From Spizellomyces punctatus DAOM BR117 (lineage: Eukaryota), in NCBI GenBank assembly GCA_000182565.2, contig KQ257457.1: a stretch of DNA of 58,792 nt. One strand, given 5' to 3'. The notes beneath the pieces were generated by a model, which worked only from the letters and a program-made list of their open reading frames with translations, searched no databases and was not told the DNA's origin. A program made the position numbers and the translations under genes. Within the stretch, counting starts at the first letter, position 1; each line of letters begins with the position of its first letter. Of this stretch, positions 10,939 to 22,634 are shown one piece after another.

Positions 10939-12484
10939 CTAGGGATTGATTTCCGGCCAGTGCTCTTTGAGGAATGCTGTAAGTCCCTCGTAAAGAGCAA
11001 CATTGCCGTCCTTGTTGAGGTGGACCCCGTCAGCAAGGTACTTGCTCATGACACTGCCATCGTATCGTGCATCCGGTCCCAGGAAAACTTTCCATGTATC
11101 CAAAACAGGTGTTCCGGTTGCTATGCTCAGTTCCAACATTGCATTGCGAAAGTCGTTCATGGTTTCATGAATGGTATCTGGATCTGACCCGGGAGGTGGC
11201 GGTGTGATGAGTAACAACCGGGTGCCTGGATGGATTGAGTTGGCGATTTGCATCATCTTCAGCAGATTATTCTTGTATGCTGATAGCGACAGCTTAAAGG
11301 CATCGCTGTGGGGGTAAGTTTGATATTTTAGTATGGTAGCTTGCAGTATGTCGGGACTATTCTGGAACATAAGTCTTACTTGGTTCCCAGCATCAGTGTG
11401 ATCAAGGTGGGCGAAGGAAACTGCTTTAGGACTGGCTCAAGTAAACTCAGGTAGTCGTCTGTGGTCCATCCTATGCACAGAAATTAGCAACCCGATGGCC
11501 AGAAATTGAAGAGAAAACATACCAGGGTTCCCTTTATTCACAACTTCATATCGACCCTTGTAACAGGATCTTAGCTGCATGGCCCATCCCATGTTCTCTT
11601 CGGAATCACCATACTGAGTACGGGATGCATGTGAGTGTAAGATACCAGACTTCAGTGTGAGATTCATTGGAGGTGATTCGTACCCTAGTAATTGAATCTC
11701 CAACAAGGGCTATAGATCCTTCTTTAAACTTCTCAGAGGGTGGGAAGGTATTCCCATTACGGACACATTGCATGGCCTGTGCGATGCTGGCACCAGGAGT
11801 GCATGTCAACGGGGCCAACAAATTCCCATAGTCCCATGCGTTGACGCGGGATCGGATGTACTCTGCCAATGGGATCGGAAGATGGTGAGCATCAAACGAA
11901 TAAATCGTGCCCTCGCAAGTCTGAGTTGGACAATTTCATAATAACAAACCTGTTTCTGACGTGGTCCAAAGTCTATCTCCACCAGTAATTTGCAACACAG
12001 AGTACAGCACATCCGGTCCTTGTGAGCGCAAAAAGGTATTCCTGTTTAATCGTGCCTCGCAGCAGCATTTGCCTTGTCCAGGAGACGATGTGCGATTGAA
12101 CGAAATGGTACTGACGATGGGATCCGTGGATTGTCCATAGAAGGTGTGACCACTGCTGTTATCACACACGGGATCACAACGGTCATCCCCCATCCCGTCC
12201 ACGCAGAAGCCGACAGTATGCACTCCCGAGATTAGAGACAAGCAAACGAGGAAAATGGCCAAGGGAAACAGCAAAGCAAAGCCGATTACGCGAAGTGGCC
12301 TGATCTGATATAAACTCAGTTCGCAAGTAGCTTCAACATATCTGGATCTTGACAAACACGGTACCTTACAAGCCGTCTTGACACGGGATTCTTTGTGCCC
12401 TTCGTTGTCATGACGTTCTTCGCACCCTTCCTCCAGCTCATTACTACTTCCTAACAACGGCATTCTGAATCGAGGCGAATCCAT
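10939..12484 (-). CDS. SGNH/GDSL hydrolase (IAH1-like esterase domain) with N-terminal transmembrane segment and Cys-rich stem; 5 exons
   Basis: The spliced model gives blocks GDSIT, G(N)PGWT, LGTND (split by an intron) and DGVH. TM segment VIGFALLFPLAIFLVCLSLI. Canonical GT-AG introns. Confidence 0.88.
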
Positions 12485-13964
12485 TGTCAAGTGGGAAACA
12501 CAAGGAGCAGAGCTGGTCTGATCCTCCTATTTGACGACCTTGACCTTCCCATTTTGACGATCTATATCCTATGCAATTTTCTCCAACCGGCAGTTTATAG
12601 TCTCCCGGAACCTTTTCTTAGCTCCCAAATTTGCGACAGTAGGAATGAAATTTAGGTTCCGACCAAAAGATTACATTTACCGTCAAACGAAGTGATTGTA
12701 TAAGTTACACAAATATGGCCACAATATTTTAGCTAGAAAATGCTGGCTATCCATAAACCCAACTGTTCCATAAAGACCAAGGCTGGAGTACTGTCATCCG
12801 GTTGGCTCCACTATTACGAAGAATTGGTTTTATTTGATCACGATACCGGAATCGCAATTTTATGCATTCAGCTGTGCTGCACCATCAGCAGCTACTGTGC
12901 TTAACACACGCAGTCGCCATTCAGACTTTCCCTGTTCATGTTGAAAGAGTAAATATACAGGAAGTAGGTTCAGCAGCAGGGCGTCAAATGGCTTCATCTA
13001 TGTCAACCTGGGAGAGCGGATCGCCACTTCTTCTGTTTTTTCGCTCGCTAATGGTGCGGATGATCTGCAGGAGAAGCGTTTGCTATCCATTTGTGGAACT
13101 GGAGCAGACTTGGAACGCATGTTCCCCGGCTATGATTGTGCGTTAGCGCCCCAAGCGAGGAGGTTACGACACCCGTGAGCTCCAAGGATGGTAGTCGCGC
13201 TTGAGCGCAAATGTACTGTATCGAGTCAAATCTCAAAAGCCATGGATCTTGGTACCTCAGCTTGGGTCACATGTCCTTAGGGCAGCCTGTAGCCTAAACT
13301 TCTAGTTTCGATTTTCTGGAGGACACACCCATCTGTACACTTCAGACACATTGTGATCTTTGTATATAAGGAAAACGAGCACCTGTACATCTCGAGCCTG
13401 GCTCCGAAAATAGTAGACCTTTTGTACTGCCTTAAGATTGAGTAGGTCGGAATTAAATCTTATCTGAAGAGTACGTGCCCAACCTGAAGCTTCAACTCTG
13501 GTGTCACACTATAGCACCGAGACTGCCGGTGCCTCGTTTAGTACTTTGAACGGTACATAGGAATAAACAAGCACTATCATAGCGTACATGACTACTGATC
13601 GACTGTTTCAGATATCATCGTTCGCGACGCCCGGCTAGATTACATTGACTATGAAAACAGTTGAACGTAGTTTTTTTGATGGCTCTGAACATCTTCCACT
13701 GTAATAAGGACCCTTCATTCTTCCTAACCCTACCCAGTGGAAGCGAGATATGAAGGGTCGAGAAGTGCAAATGGAAACATCTGCCAAGACTATCTTACCA
13801 GATACTTCCATGCTCGAACTTTCCCCTGTAACATATAGCATTATTTAAAAGTTAGGAACAGTGGTATGTTCCGAGTAGTGCACCAAGACCATAAATCTAC
13901 TTGGCAAGCTCGTTCTAAGTCATCTACTGCAGCCATCATAAGCGTAGCATTTGAAGAATATAAA

Positions 13965-14210
13965 TGAAAAATGGAAAAAAGCAAGAAAGGCTAAAATACG
14001 GAGTTTTCCGGGGACACTCGAGAAAATTTCCATTACCATGGGAGACTTTTAGAAGTCGGATGTTCACAGCAGTCAAAAACGCTTTACTTTTTAATTTGAC
14101 ATGAGACCATTCTTGCATGCCTGGAAGTGCAAAATGCCGAAAAAATAATTTCGCTTTTTACTTGCGAATGAGACAAAATGTCGACAACCCGTGCAAACGG
14201 CAGGCCGACA
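13965..14210 (+). repeat. Non-coding element upstream of the F-box gene, inverted homolog of 9655-10040
   Basis: Contains ATTACCATGGGAGACTTTT (14032-14050) and GGAAGTGCAAAATGCCGAAAAAATAATTTCGCTTT, matching the left copy. Confidence 0.85.
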
Positions 14211-14482
14211 TGCCCGCATAGATTTATAGCGCTAGAACAGCAGCCTTGTCCATTAACCAATTTGGCCAACACTCTCACTTTCAGTAGTCAACTTTTCTCT
14301 GGCCTGTTGTAGCCTCGGCTAAGCACACCTCCTGGACATTTGCCACTCTAGCAGCATCATACGCACCGTCAATCACCTCGAACCCCTAATGTAAGATCCT
14401 ACCAACACTCTGCACAGTTCAAGGGTCCTGATCTCAACATCCTCACCTTTTAGCATAAGCACTTACGCTTCCCTTTTTCAAT

Positions 14483-15884
14483 ATGGCGGAGTGCGCCCAA
14501 TTGTGCCTTTTTTGTGGTTGTCCGATTTCAAATATTTACAAGGAGATCGAGAGATACGAGGAATTGGAACCATTTGAGGGTCTCCAGCGTGGTGACGCTA
14601 CTTGGTAAGACTATCATATGTTGAGGGTTTCGGTGGTGATGGCTTCTCACAAACACTATGGAGTTTTAAAGGTTTACATGGGGAGTTGCGCTCTTCACAA
14701 ATTATGTATCATACCCGGGAAGGATCGGTGGCCAGCGCCTTTTAGTGGTGGACGAGGTTTACCGAGGGGATATACCAAAACCAGGGGCCACTTATGAACC
14801 AGATGAGTTGCCGGATTTTGAGGATGCAGCAGAAGACTCAGATGAAGATGCCCCTCTGGGACCTTTTTCCACGAGTGGCTGGATCGGTTTGTACAGAAAT
14901 ACAGAACACTGCGTTCCGCTGCTATTCTTCTTCCGTCACTTACTCCGAGATTCCTTGAACCCAGAATTTCAAGGACTGGATAACTGTGCTGGTTCCGCTG
15001 CCATTGTGCACCATGCATGCCTTTGGCTGGCGATAGAGTGGAAAAGTGCTGGAGGCATACAAGAATTCTTCATGAGCCCTACCGGATCCATTCTTGAATG
15101 TTCGTGCCAGGGCTATAGCCGCAGCTGGACAGCGGGATATTTCGTGAGCCGTGAGAACCAGAAGGATGACGACGCTCACCGTGATCATAAATGCAGGGAT
15201 CGGAGGTCGAAAGAAGAATCGGTAGCTAAAATTGGCTGGAGCGGGGCCATGTGCGTTGACTATGAAGCATTCAAAACAGGGAACAGCTGGGCCCGATGGA
15301 TGGATGATGAGGATTATAGCTCCGACAAAGCATGGCTGCTGACCAGACCTGATCGGTTTCCAGCGCTCCCATTGGTTGCAACCACGGGCCTTTCTGGCGT
15401 CGAGCAGCGGCAGCAGCAGCGTTCAGATGTCCTAGCGAGATTGCCAACAGAGATCATACTGGCGATACTTGAGCTTCTCGTCGGCGACGACGAGCGCAGT
15501 CTCCTTCGTTTGCAATCAACGAGTCATTACTGGCGTTCCTTCTTCTTGGGAGACACTGGCTTGCCTCCGCAGGCAATGCAGGCGCTATATCGCGAACGAT
15601 GTGTTGCTCTCGCATGGATCCCAACTCCAGTGGATATTCATCGGCGCGCAAAGCAATTTAACGCAGTTTTGGAGACTGCTGCACCCGGAACCATTGACTG
15701 GAAATCGTATTACGTATCCTGCTCCACATCCCCGAGTATGAGAAACAGAAACAGAATATATCGAAAGGTGTCGGATGTGTATGATTTGATCCAAGGAGGG
15801 GAGCGACGGCGAAGAGCATTCAATTCATTTGTGAAGTCAATGTGGGCGCAAGGATATACCGAGGACCAATATCAAATGATGTGA
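14483..15884 (+). CDS. F-box protein with N-terminal CxxCG motif (paralog A); 3 exons
   Basis: ATG 14483 (MAECAQLCLFCGCP). Introns 14605-14671 and 14887-14964. F-box LARLPTEIILAILELL..SLLRLQSTSHYWR. Colinear with 51569-52953. Confidence 0.85.
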
Positions 15885-15921
15885 GGGGTACTTTGTTAGG
15901 TGGCGGGCCAGCAATTCTTGG

Positions 15922-15945
15922 AGGGTTAGGGTTAGGGTTAGGGTT
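15922..15945. repeat. Interstitial telomeric tract (AGGGTT)4
   Basis: AGGGTTAGGGTTAGGGTTAGGGTT, G-rich on the + strand. Confidence 0.9.
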
Positions 15946-16399
15946 CACGGTGCTTTCTATTAAGCTATAGGTGGCCCTATGGATTATATCAACAGGTTTC
16001 TTACCGTTGGCTTATGGCAGGTTCCCCATCGGTTTTGGAAGTGGAACTCTTGGTGTCGGGAGGGCATTCATCGTTTCATGTCAAATACCTCGCATGGAAC
16101 ACCCCAATCCTTAATCTGTCGGGTTCTCCGCCAGTCCGATCATTCCAAATATCATTATGTGGGCTCACTAACCAGTCGCAGAGCGAAATGGCGTATGTTA
16201 CATAGATTCCCGGCTTTACAATTTTTTCCTGAACGTTGCCATCATCGTATCGACATTTCGTTGGATGGAGATTAAAGATCCAGCACCAGCGCAAAATTCT
16301 TTCTCACGCTCACAAGAAAGCAACCATCCAGTATGTGCCAAACCGAGGAGTTCGAATGAGCCACAGTCAAGCTTGAGCAGACACATCGAGGTGTATATG

Positions 16400-16900
16400 T
16401 CTCACTTTCTCACATATAGAAGAAACTACGCCTTCTGTCTTTTCCTCACGCTCCACCTTACTCTGCGAGGTGTTGTCGCAGTTGCGGAGACAGTTGGGGC
16501 TAACAAGTACCAGAGCCTCAAACTAGATGCTGATGCTGACACAGGATTCGGCCGAGTATTTGTTCATGCTGGGATTGCTAGGAACCAACACTTTCCTTGC
16601 CATACCCCGCCTTGAACGCCTCTGGTCAACCTCCTCATCACCGGTGTCATAGCCGTCTTTGTGGGAACAGTTTTTCTGCTTCCTGGTTGCATGAACAGGA
16701 GCAGGGTCATGTTCACCATCGGCCTTGCCTTATCAGGGTGCTTGGCAGTCCCATTTGTCAGACGCTCACGATCTCCGTTCACTCCACCATTTTTGGAGAG
16801 AAACCGCACGGAAAGGCCATGGGTTATTTGACTACCGCTGGTAGCGTTGGTGCAATTTGTTCCGATGATGACTCGGGTTTCGTACCTTTTTGGCCCACCC
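16400..16900 (+). pseudogene. MFS transporter relic (C-terminal half, MFSD8-like)
   Basis: TM fragments across shifting frames: FCLFLTLHLTLRGVVAVAETVG, LLITGVIAVFVGTVFL and LGSPICQTLTISVHSTIFGEKPHGKAMGYLTTAGSVG. Confidence 0.65.
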
Positions 16901-18678
16901 GGTTGATTTAGCCTTTGTATCTCCCTGGTCCTTCTTTTGAAAAAGTTACGTGAGTATGCGTTTCAATTGGTGTTTCGTAACGCTAATATGGATGACCTGT
17001 TGGAGAAGGTAAACTGCTCAATCCCTCAGGCTGGAATATATTGTTCACCGCAAAGAGTGACATGTAATTACACAAGCTATAGCTCTAAAGTGAATCACGG
17101 TGCAGACAATGGAGATGAGCGGAGAGTGGGGCGACAATCCTGGATCGTCAGAGATTCACTAGCAACTGTTTTGAAGAGATCGCTACATCCAAGAAAGACT
17201 CTTGTCTGTGCAAAGAGCGCTCTGCAATTAGGACTGTACACTTTCAGAGGCAACTTCATATGCCCTGTAGGAAACCCCCCCACTTCAATCAGACCACTGG
17301 AGTACATTTTCTCAGATGAATGGATAATGCACTCCTGTTTCTGTGTCTTGGGATGGTTGTAATTAAAATGTTGGAAAATCTTAAGAGCTTTTCTGCAGCA
17401 TCAGCCAATGTTCGGGCGAGCATCAGGCTCTCTCCAAGATTTCTGTTATTTTACACCTTACCGTTTTGCCACCTGGGTGCAGCAAATTGTAAGGGTAAAC
17501 GGGCCTGGTTCTTCCCACATGGAGGGCCCTCAATGAGCTAGTAGTCGATATCATAGACAGATCGACTAAATGGAAGACTGGTAGACTACTGGTTACGGCG
17601 CTTCTCTATGACAAAAAGGCTTGTCTGCCACAAAGAGTAAAAACGGCGGTTATTTTGACGATTAACAAAAAACTTCCGCTCTCGTGAATATGTCCAATAT
17701 GGTGAAGCTTCAAAGCGCAATGGTATAGGAAGCATGGTCCGAGCATAAATGCCAGAAAGAGGCAAGAGTACATTCATTTGAGCGGAAGCTTAGTCTCGCG
17801 ACAGAAACTCCGCTAATCGTCTTTAGCATTACTGGGCACGGCACGGTGAATGTCATAGGCTGCACGAGTTTGAGAATGTACGGTAGACAACTAGAAAGTT
17901 CAAATTTGTCATTGCTACTGCTGACGCAGGCCTTAACGGACGAAAATCATGCCAAACGATTGAGCTCCTTAACCTGGGGGGAGTTTGGTCCGATGTCAGA
18001 TGGTTGCTGGCACGGACTGGGTTGGCATTGCGCACTCCACCAACAGGCGCCGCAGAAACCACAACAAAAACAACTTGCTCGCCATCACGTTGACGAGTCG
18101 CTGCTATTTTTAGACCAGAGGCACTACCTGGATGCAAGACGACAGTCAGATCCAGAAAATGCCCGACGCGGTAGGAGGGGCTGCCAAGGATCGGGATATT
18201 ATCATGTCACTCAAGGGGAAGGCTGTTGAGTGTGAGCAGTTTTTTCTGCTTTCCGTCGATGGTTTGTTGGTGGTATTGTTGTAGTGACAAAAAGTCAGGT
18301 TTTAGCGCGGCTGCAAGCGTCTTGTCTGTGTGTCGGTGGTTGAAGCGGGTGACTTAATAGTAGGAGATTTTTGAGGGTTCTGATTACTATTTCCAATCTT
18401 CGGATTTTTTTCCACCCTCACCGGACCCCAACAGAGCTCGCTGAAAGTTGCCACTATCAGTAGCAGAGACATACTTTGTGCAAGACCGCCTTTCCGCTTT
18501 CTGCAACCTGGTGTCGGTAAGGAAATATGTTCATCTCTGCTAGAGGTTGAGCTGTGTAACGCTAACTCAAGTACATCTCAAACAATACATTATAGATAGC
18601 GCTCGAAAAGAGCTATAGAGTGCCTTATACCCTGCCACTTTCCTTTCGGCCTTTTTCTCCAAAGATACCTCGACCTGC

Positions 18679-20575
18679 ATGTCCCTGTCGCTGCCAGCCA
18701 ATCTCCAAAGCATCTTCCGCACCATCAGCGGCAGCGTTTTGGCCTCGAACCAGCAACAGACAAACCAGCAACAACCAGCTCGCCAGCAGCAGCCGACCAG
18801 TTCGTCGTCAAACACGTCAATGCCCTACGGTACCCCATCTCAGCCGTCGTTGGCAAGCGTGACGATTTCTCCTCGTCAGAGCGAATCGGATATGCAGGTT
18901 GACGATTATCATCACGATCACCACGGACATCATCACCATCACCACCACCACGATCATGACCACGACGGTGAATGGGACGAAGAAGGAGACTACGACGGGA
19001 GCGATGTAATGGATGATGGCGATGACGGTGATGATGGACAATCCGGCGGTGCTGGGGACGGCCACGGGAGCGAACAGAGTACCGAGGATAAGGAGCAAGA
19101 AGCAAAACTTCACCAACATCAAACTGACTTGCGTAAAAGAATTATGATGATCCAACAAGACAATTCCATTCCACCTGCAGACAAAGCGAGACGTATTCAG
19201 GTTCTTTTATCAGTGTCGCTTTTGTCACTTGGACCAAGTCTAACCAACGATTCATGTAACAGGAACTGATGACCCAAGGCTGGTCGCAAAAGCAGCAATC
19301 GCGTTCGACTGTCAACACCAGGGTTACCAATCGTCTCGAGAACCGCCGTTCAAACTTTAATGAACTAACAGATGCCGACAGGCAACCTACATACCATGAC
19401 AAAGCCAATGGCATACTCGGATGCAAGCATTATCAAAGAGCGGCGAAGCTTCAAGCTCACTGCTGTGGAAAATGGGATACCTGCCGATTTTGCCATGACG
19501 AGGTCAGTGACCATAATATTGTGAGGTAAATATGTGAAGAAAGTTTGCTGTTATTGGAGTATCATCGTCGGAGCTCACAATCGTCTTTAGAAATTTGATC
19601 ACAACCATGATGTGCATGTACTGCTCCACTGTACAACCCGCTGGACAAGATTGTATCAACGAAAAATGTGGCCGGCGGGTAGCCAAATACTATTGTAAAG
19701 AATGCAAGCTCTGGGACAGCGACCCTCGCAAGAACATTTATCACTGTTACGACTGCGGTATCTGTCGTATCGGGAAGGGGCTTGGCATTGACTATTTCCA
19801 CTGCAAAAAATGCAACGTGTGCATGGCCATCAGCTTGAAAGGACGACATAAGTGCATTGAAAGGAATCTGGAGAGTGACTGTCCTATATGTGGAGAGTAC
19901 ATGTTCACCAGCACAACGACAGTTATTTTCATGGTTTGTGATTCGTTTGGAAACGTTGTACGCAACCGACATAGACTAATCTCAACAATTCCGCAGCCAT
20001 GTGGTCATTGCATTCACTACAAGTGCCACCAGGACTACATCCAGACTTCCTACCAATGCCCGACGTGCCTCAAGTCTCTCGCTGATATGAGCGACTATTT
20101 CCGTCGCATCGATATTGCTCTAGCTCAGCAGCAGATGCCACCAGAGTACGCCGATCTTTTGAACCAGATCTACTGCAACGACTGCGAGAAGAAGTGTTAC
20201 GCAAAGTTCCACTTTATGTACCACAAGTGCGTAACATGCAAAGGATACAATACCAAAGTACTCCACACGGTCGACACGAGCCAGGTACCGCCGGACCAGC
20301 TTAAGCTAGTTCTGGCGTTGAATGAGACTGCTGGGGGTTCGTCACCAGCCAGCCCGACAACGGCGGTAAACCCCGAACCGCCGGAGGTGACGCAAGAAGA
20401 GTCGACCAGAAGGGCTAGTGTCGGGGGTCGGAGCTCTACTAGTAGGAGAGCGAGTATGGTACAGCGAGGGGTCACATATTTTTGCCATCAATGTCAGGCT
20501 GCAACCAATCCCGTCATGGTGGCTGGCACGCAAAGGTGCGGGACTTGCGATTCGGACTTTCTGGAGCAGCTCTAA
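18679..20575 (+). CDS. RCHY1/Pirh2-like E3 ligase (CHY zinc finger, CTCHY, RING-H2, zinc ribbon) with His-rich N-terminus and an extra C-terminal zinc ribbon
   Basis: GCKHYQRAAKLQAHCCGKWDTCRFCHDE, YHCYDCGICRIG, CPICGEYMF..PCGHCIHYKC..YQCPTC and YCNDCEKK..FHFMYHKCVTCKGYNT. Introns 19201-19262, 19526-19590 and 19934-19995. Probable 5'UTR intron from 18517. Confidence 0.93.
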
Positions 20576-20846
20576 GGGATTGGAACAGTTGGAAGACTTG
20601 AAACTAGTGAAGGGACGGTTTAGATAGAAGAAATATCGTCATGCAAACACTCCCTTGAGTAATTGGCGGACATGTGTGACAGGAATGTGTAGGTTCCAAT
20701 AAAAGCCAACTAACTCCAGTCCAGAGGTGCCTAGTGATGAAACTGACCAAGTCTGCATGAACACATTTGTTGGGGCTCGATCCTTCAATGGTTGATAGCG
20801 ATTCTATTGTACTCATCTATTGGAATATTAACGCAGCTACATAAAG

Positions 20847-22079
20847 CTATTCTCCTTTTCCCCGCTTATGATCTCTAGGAACGATAACAGGAAGGATTCC
20901 ATAGTACTTAAATTCTACAGTATTCGCCTTCCCCAGTGCTAAAAGGCGCATGTATTGGCTCAAAATGACTGAACCGTAACTACCGTATCCGGTGAGCAGA
21001 TGCCACCTGTTATAGAGGGGAAGGGACGGACATCAGCACGTGATACTAGAATGGACAAATGCGTAAACCTACCAAGCGTGCAATTCTCCCAGAACCCTCA
21101 GAGGATAGCCGGTGGTATTTTTCCATGAACGAAAAGCATCACAATAAAAATTGTCAATATTCCATAACAAAAATCTATGGTGAGAATAGTTGGATTAGAA
21201 GGTCAACGTCCCAACATACTCCAACGAGGCCAACGACGCTCACCCAAAGAGATAGCTTCCCAAGCTTGTCACATAGAGGAACCATAACACTCTCTTTGTC
21301 CCCGGATAGATTCGACCAAGTTTGTTAATATGCGCAATAGGCACAAGAGACGTTATAGCAACCAGGACGGCATAGGAAACTTGATGGAAAACGGGATCCC
21401 GCAACATTATGTAGACGACAGTGACAAACAGCGCATACACCGCGAGAACGATCGATGTGAGTGTGGGAAACTTCCCCGGAGGAAACGTTTGAAGACTACC
21501 ATGGTTTTCGTTCAAAGTTAGCTCTAATGAAATTGAGTCCACGCTTCACGTAAAAGCCCACTTCAAGACATACGTGGAAAAGACAAAAATGCAACTTCCA
21601 TAGATCATGGGCAGCTCATCCATCAATTGCATCTCATAGGTCAAACTCCCATGAAAGGCGGCACTGCCGGTCCCCACAACAGCCAACGCCAGGAAAGAGT
21701 ATATTATGCGTGCCTCTGCCTTAACGCGGACAGCATTATATATACCAATGAGGGCGGTTACATGGAAGACCAAATTGCTGGTCGTGTTCCCTGGTGGTAT
21801 ACAGAGGGTATTACATCAGAACAGCCAAGATGACATGCCGCGAAAAAGTCCACGGCAGAGAGAACCACAAACCACTTACACCATTCCGCTACGTAGTGTG
21901 ATAGCAGGTAATTTTCTTCGCACCAATCCAGGGTCGACGTAACAGGACTGTGCATGTAATAATGATACAGTTTTAATAAAATTTCAAGTTTCAATTATAA
22001 GCACCATGAATGCAACTGTCGGGCCCAGTAATACTGACCCCCAGAACCCTTCCACACCAGCCGGAGTTAATCCTGACAT
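20847..22079 (-). CDS. Alkaline ceramidase (ACER3/YPC1-YDC1 family, CREST superfamily)
   Basis: The spliced product contains FWGPVTSTLDWCEENY, AEWWNTTSN, GTGSAAFHGSL..QLMDELPM and ELHAWWHLLTG. Confidence 0.95.
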
Positions 22080-22634
22080 GATTCCAGGGTACGATTAGGT
22101 CTTCTGCATATTACGGCTGCCTGAAGCTGCTGAGATCTCAGCAAATCACGTGGGTAACGATTACAAAAGCATTCCCTCAGCATGAAAACCAACAGTGTTG
22201 CTAATCAAAAAGTGTCGGACGCTCTTGTCCATTTTTCTAGATACTTTGGAAGTTGAAAGTTGAAATTCTCATTGGAAAACTTGGCATAGGCTGATCTGGA
22301 ATGGTGGCTCTTGCCCAAAGACATTCGACTGCAAATGCCAACGACCCTAAATGTATCGACCCAAAAATAAACATAAAACTTTGCTAATTTTAGGCAAGGA
22401 AAAAGAGATACGTTTATTTCAACAGACGTCATTGCCAATTGTAGGGGGAGAACAATGTGTCCCAATACCAAATTCCTTGTTTTGTTAGATGGTGGCATAA
22501 ACCTGCGTAAGACATGGGATCCAGGCCACAAGCTATAAAGGAGGGGCATGTAGTTAGTGGTCCCTTTTTTTGCTTATATATATCCATCAGCTAATACACA
22601 AGAAGACGAACGATAAGAAAGACAGCTTTGAAGT

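Noticed and set aside
12860..13900. Short ORFs as a transposase inside the inverted elements
   Set aside because: No recognisable DDE, reverse transcriptase or recombinase motifs on manual reading; left unannotated.
16937..18230. Several 70-140 aa ORFs
   Set aside because: No recognisable domains or consistent splice model.
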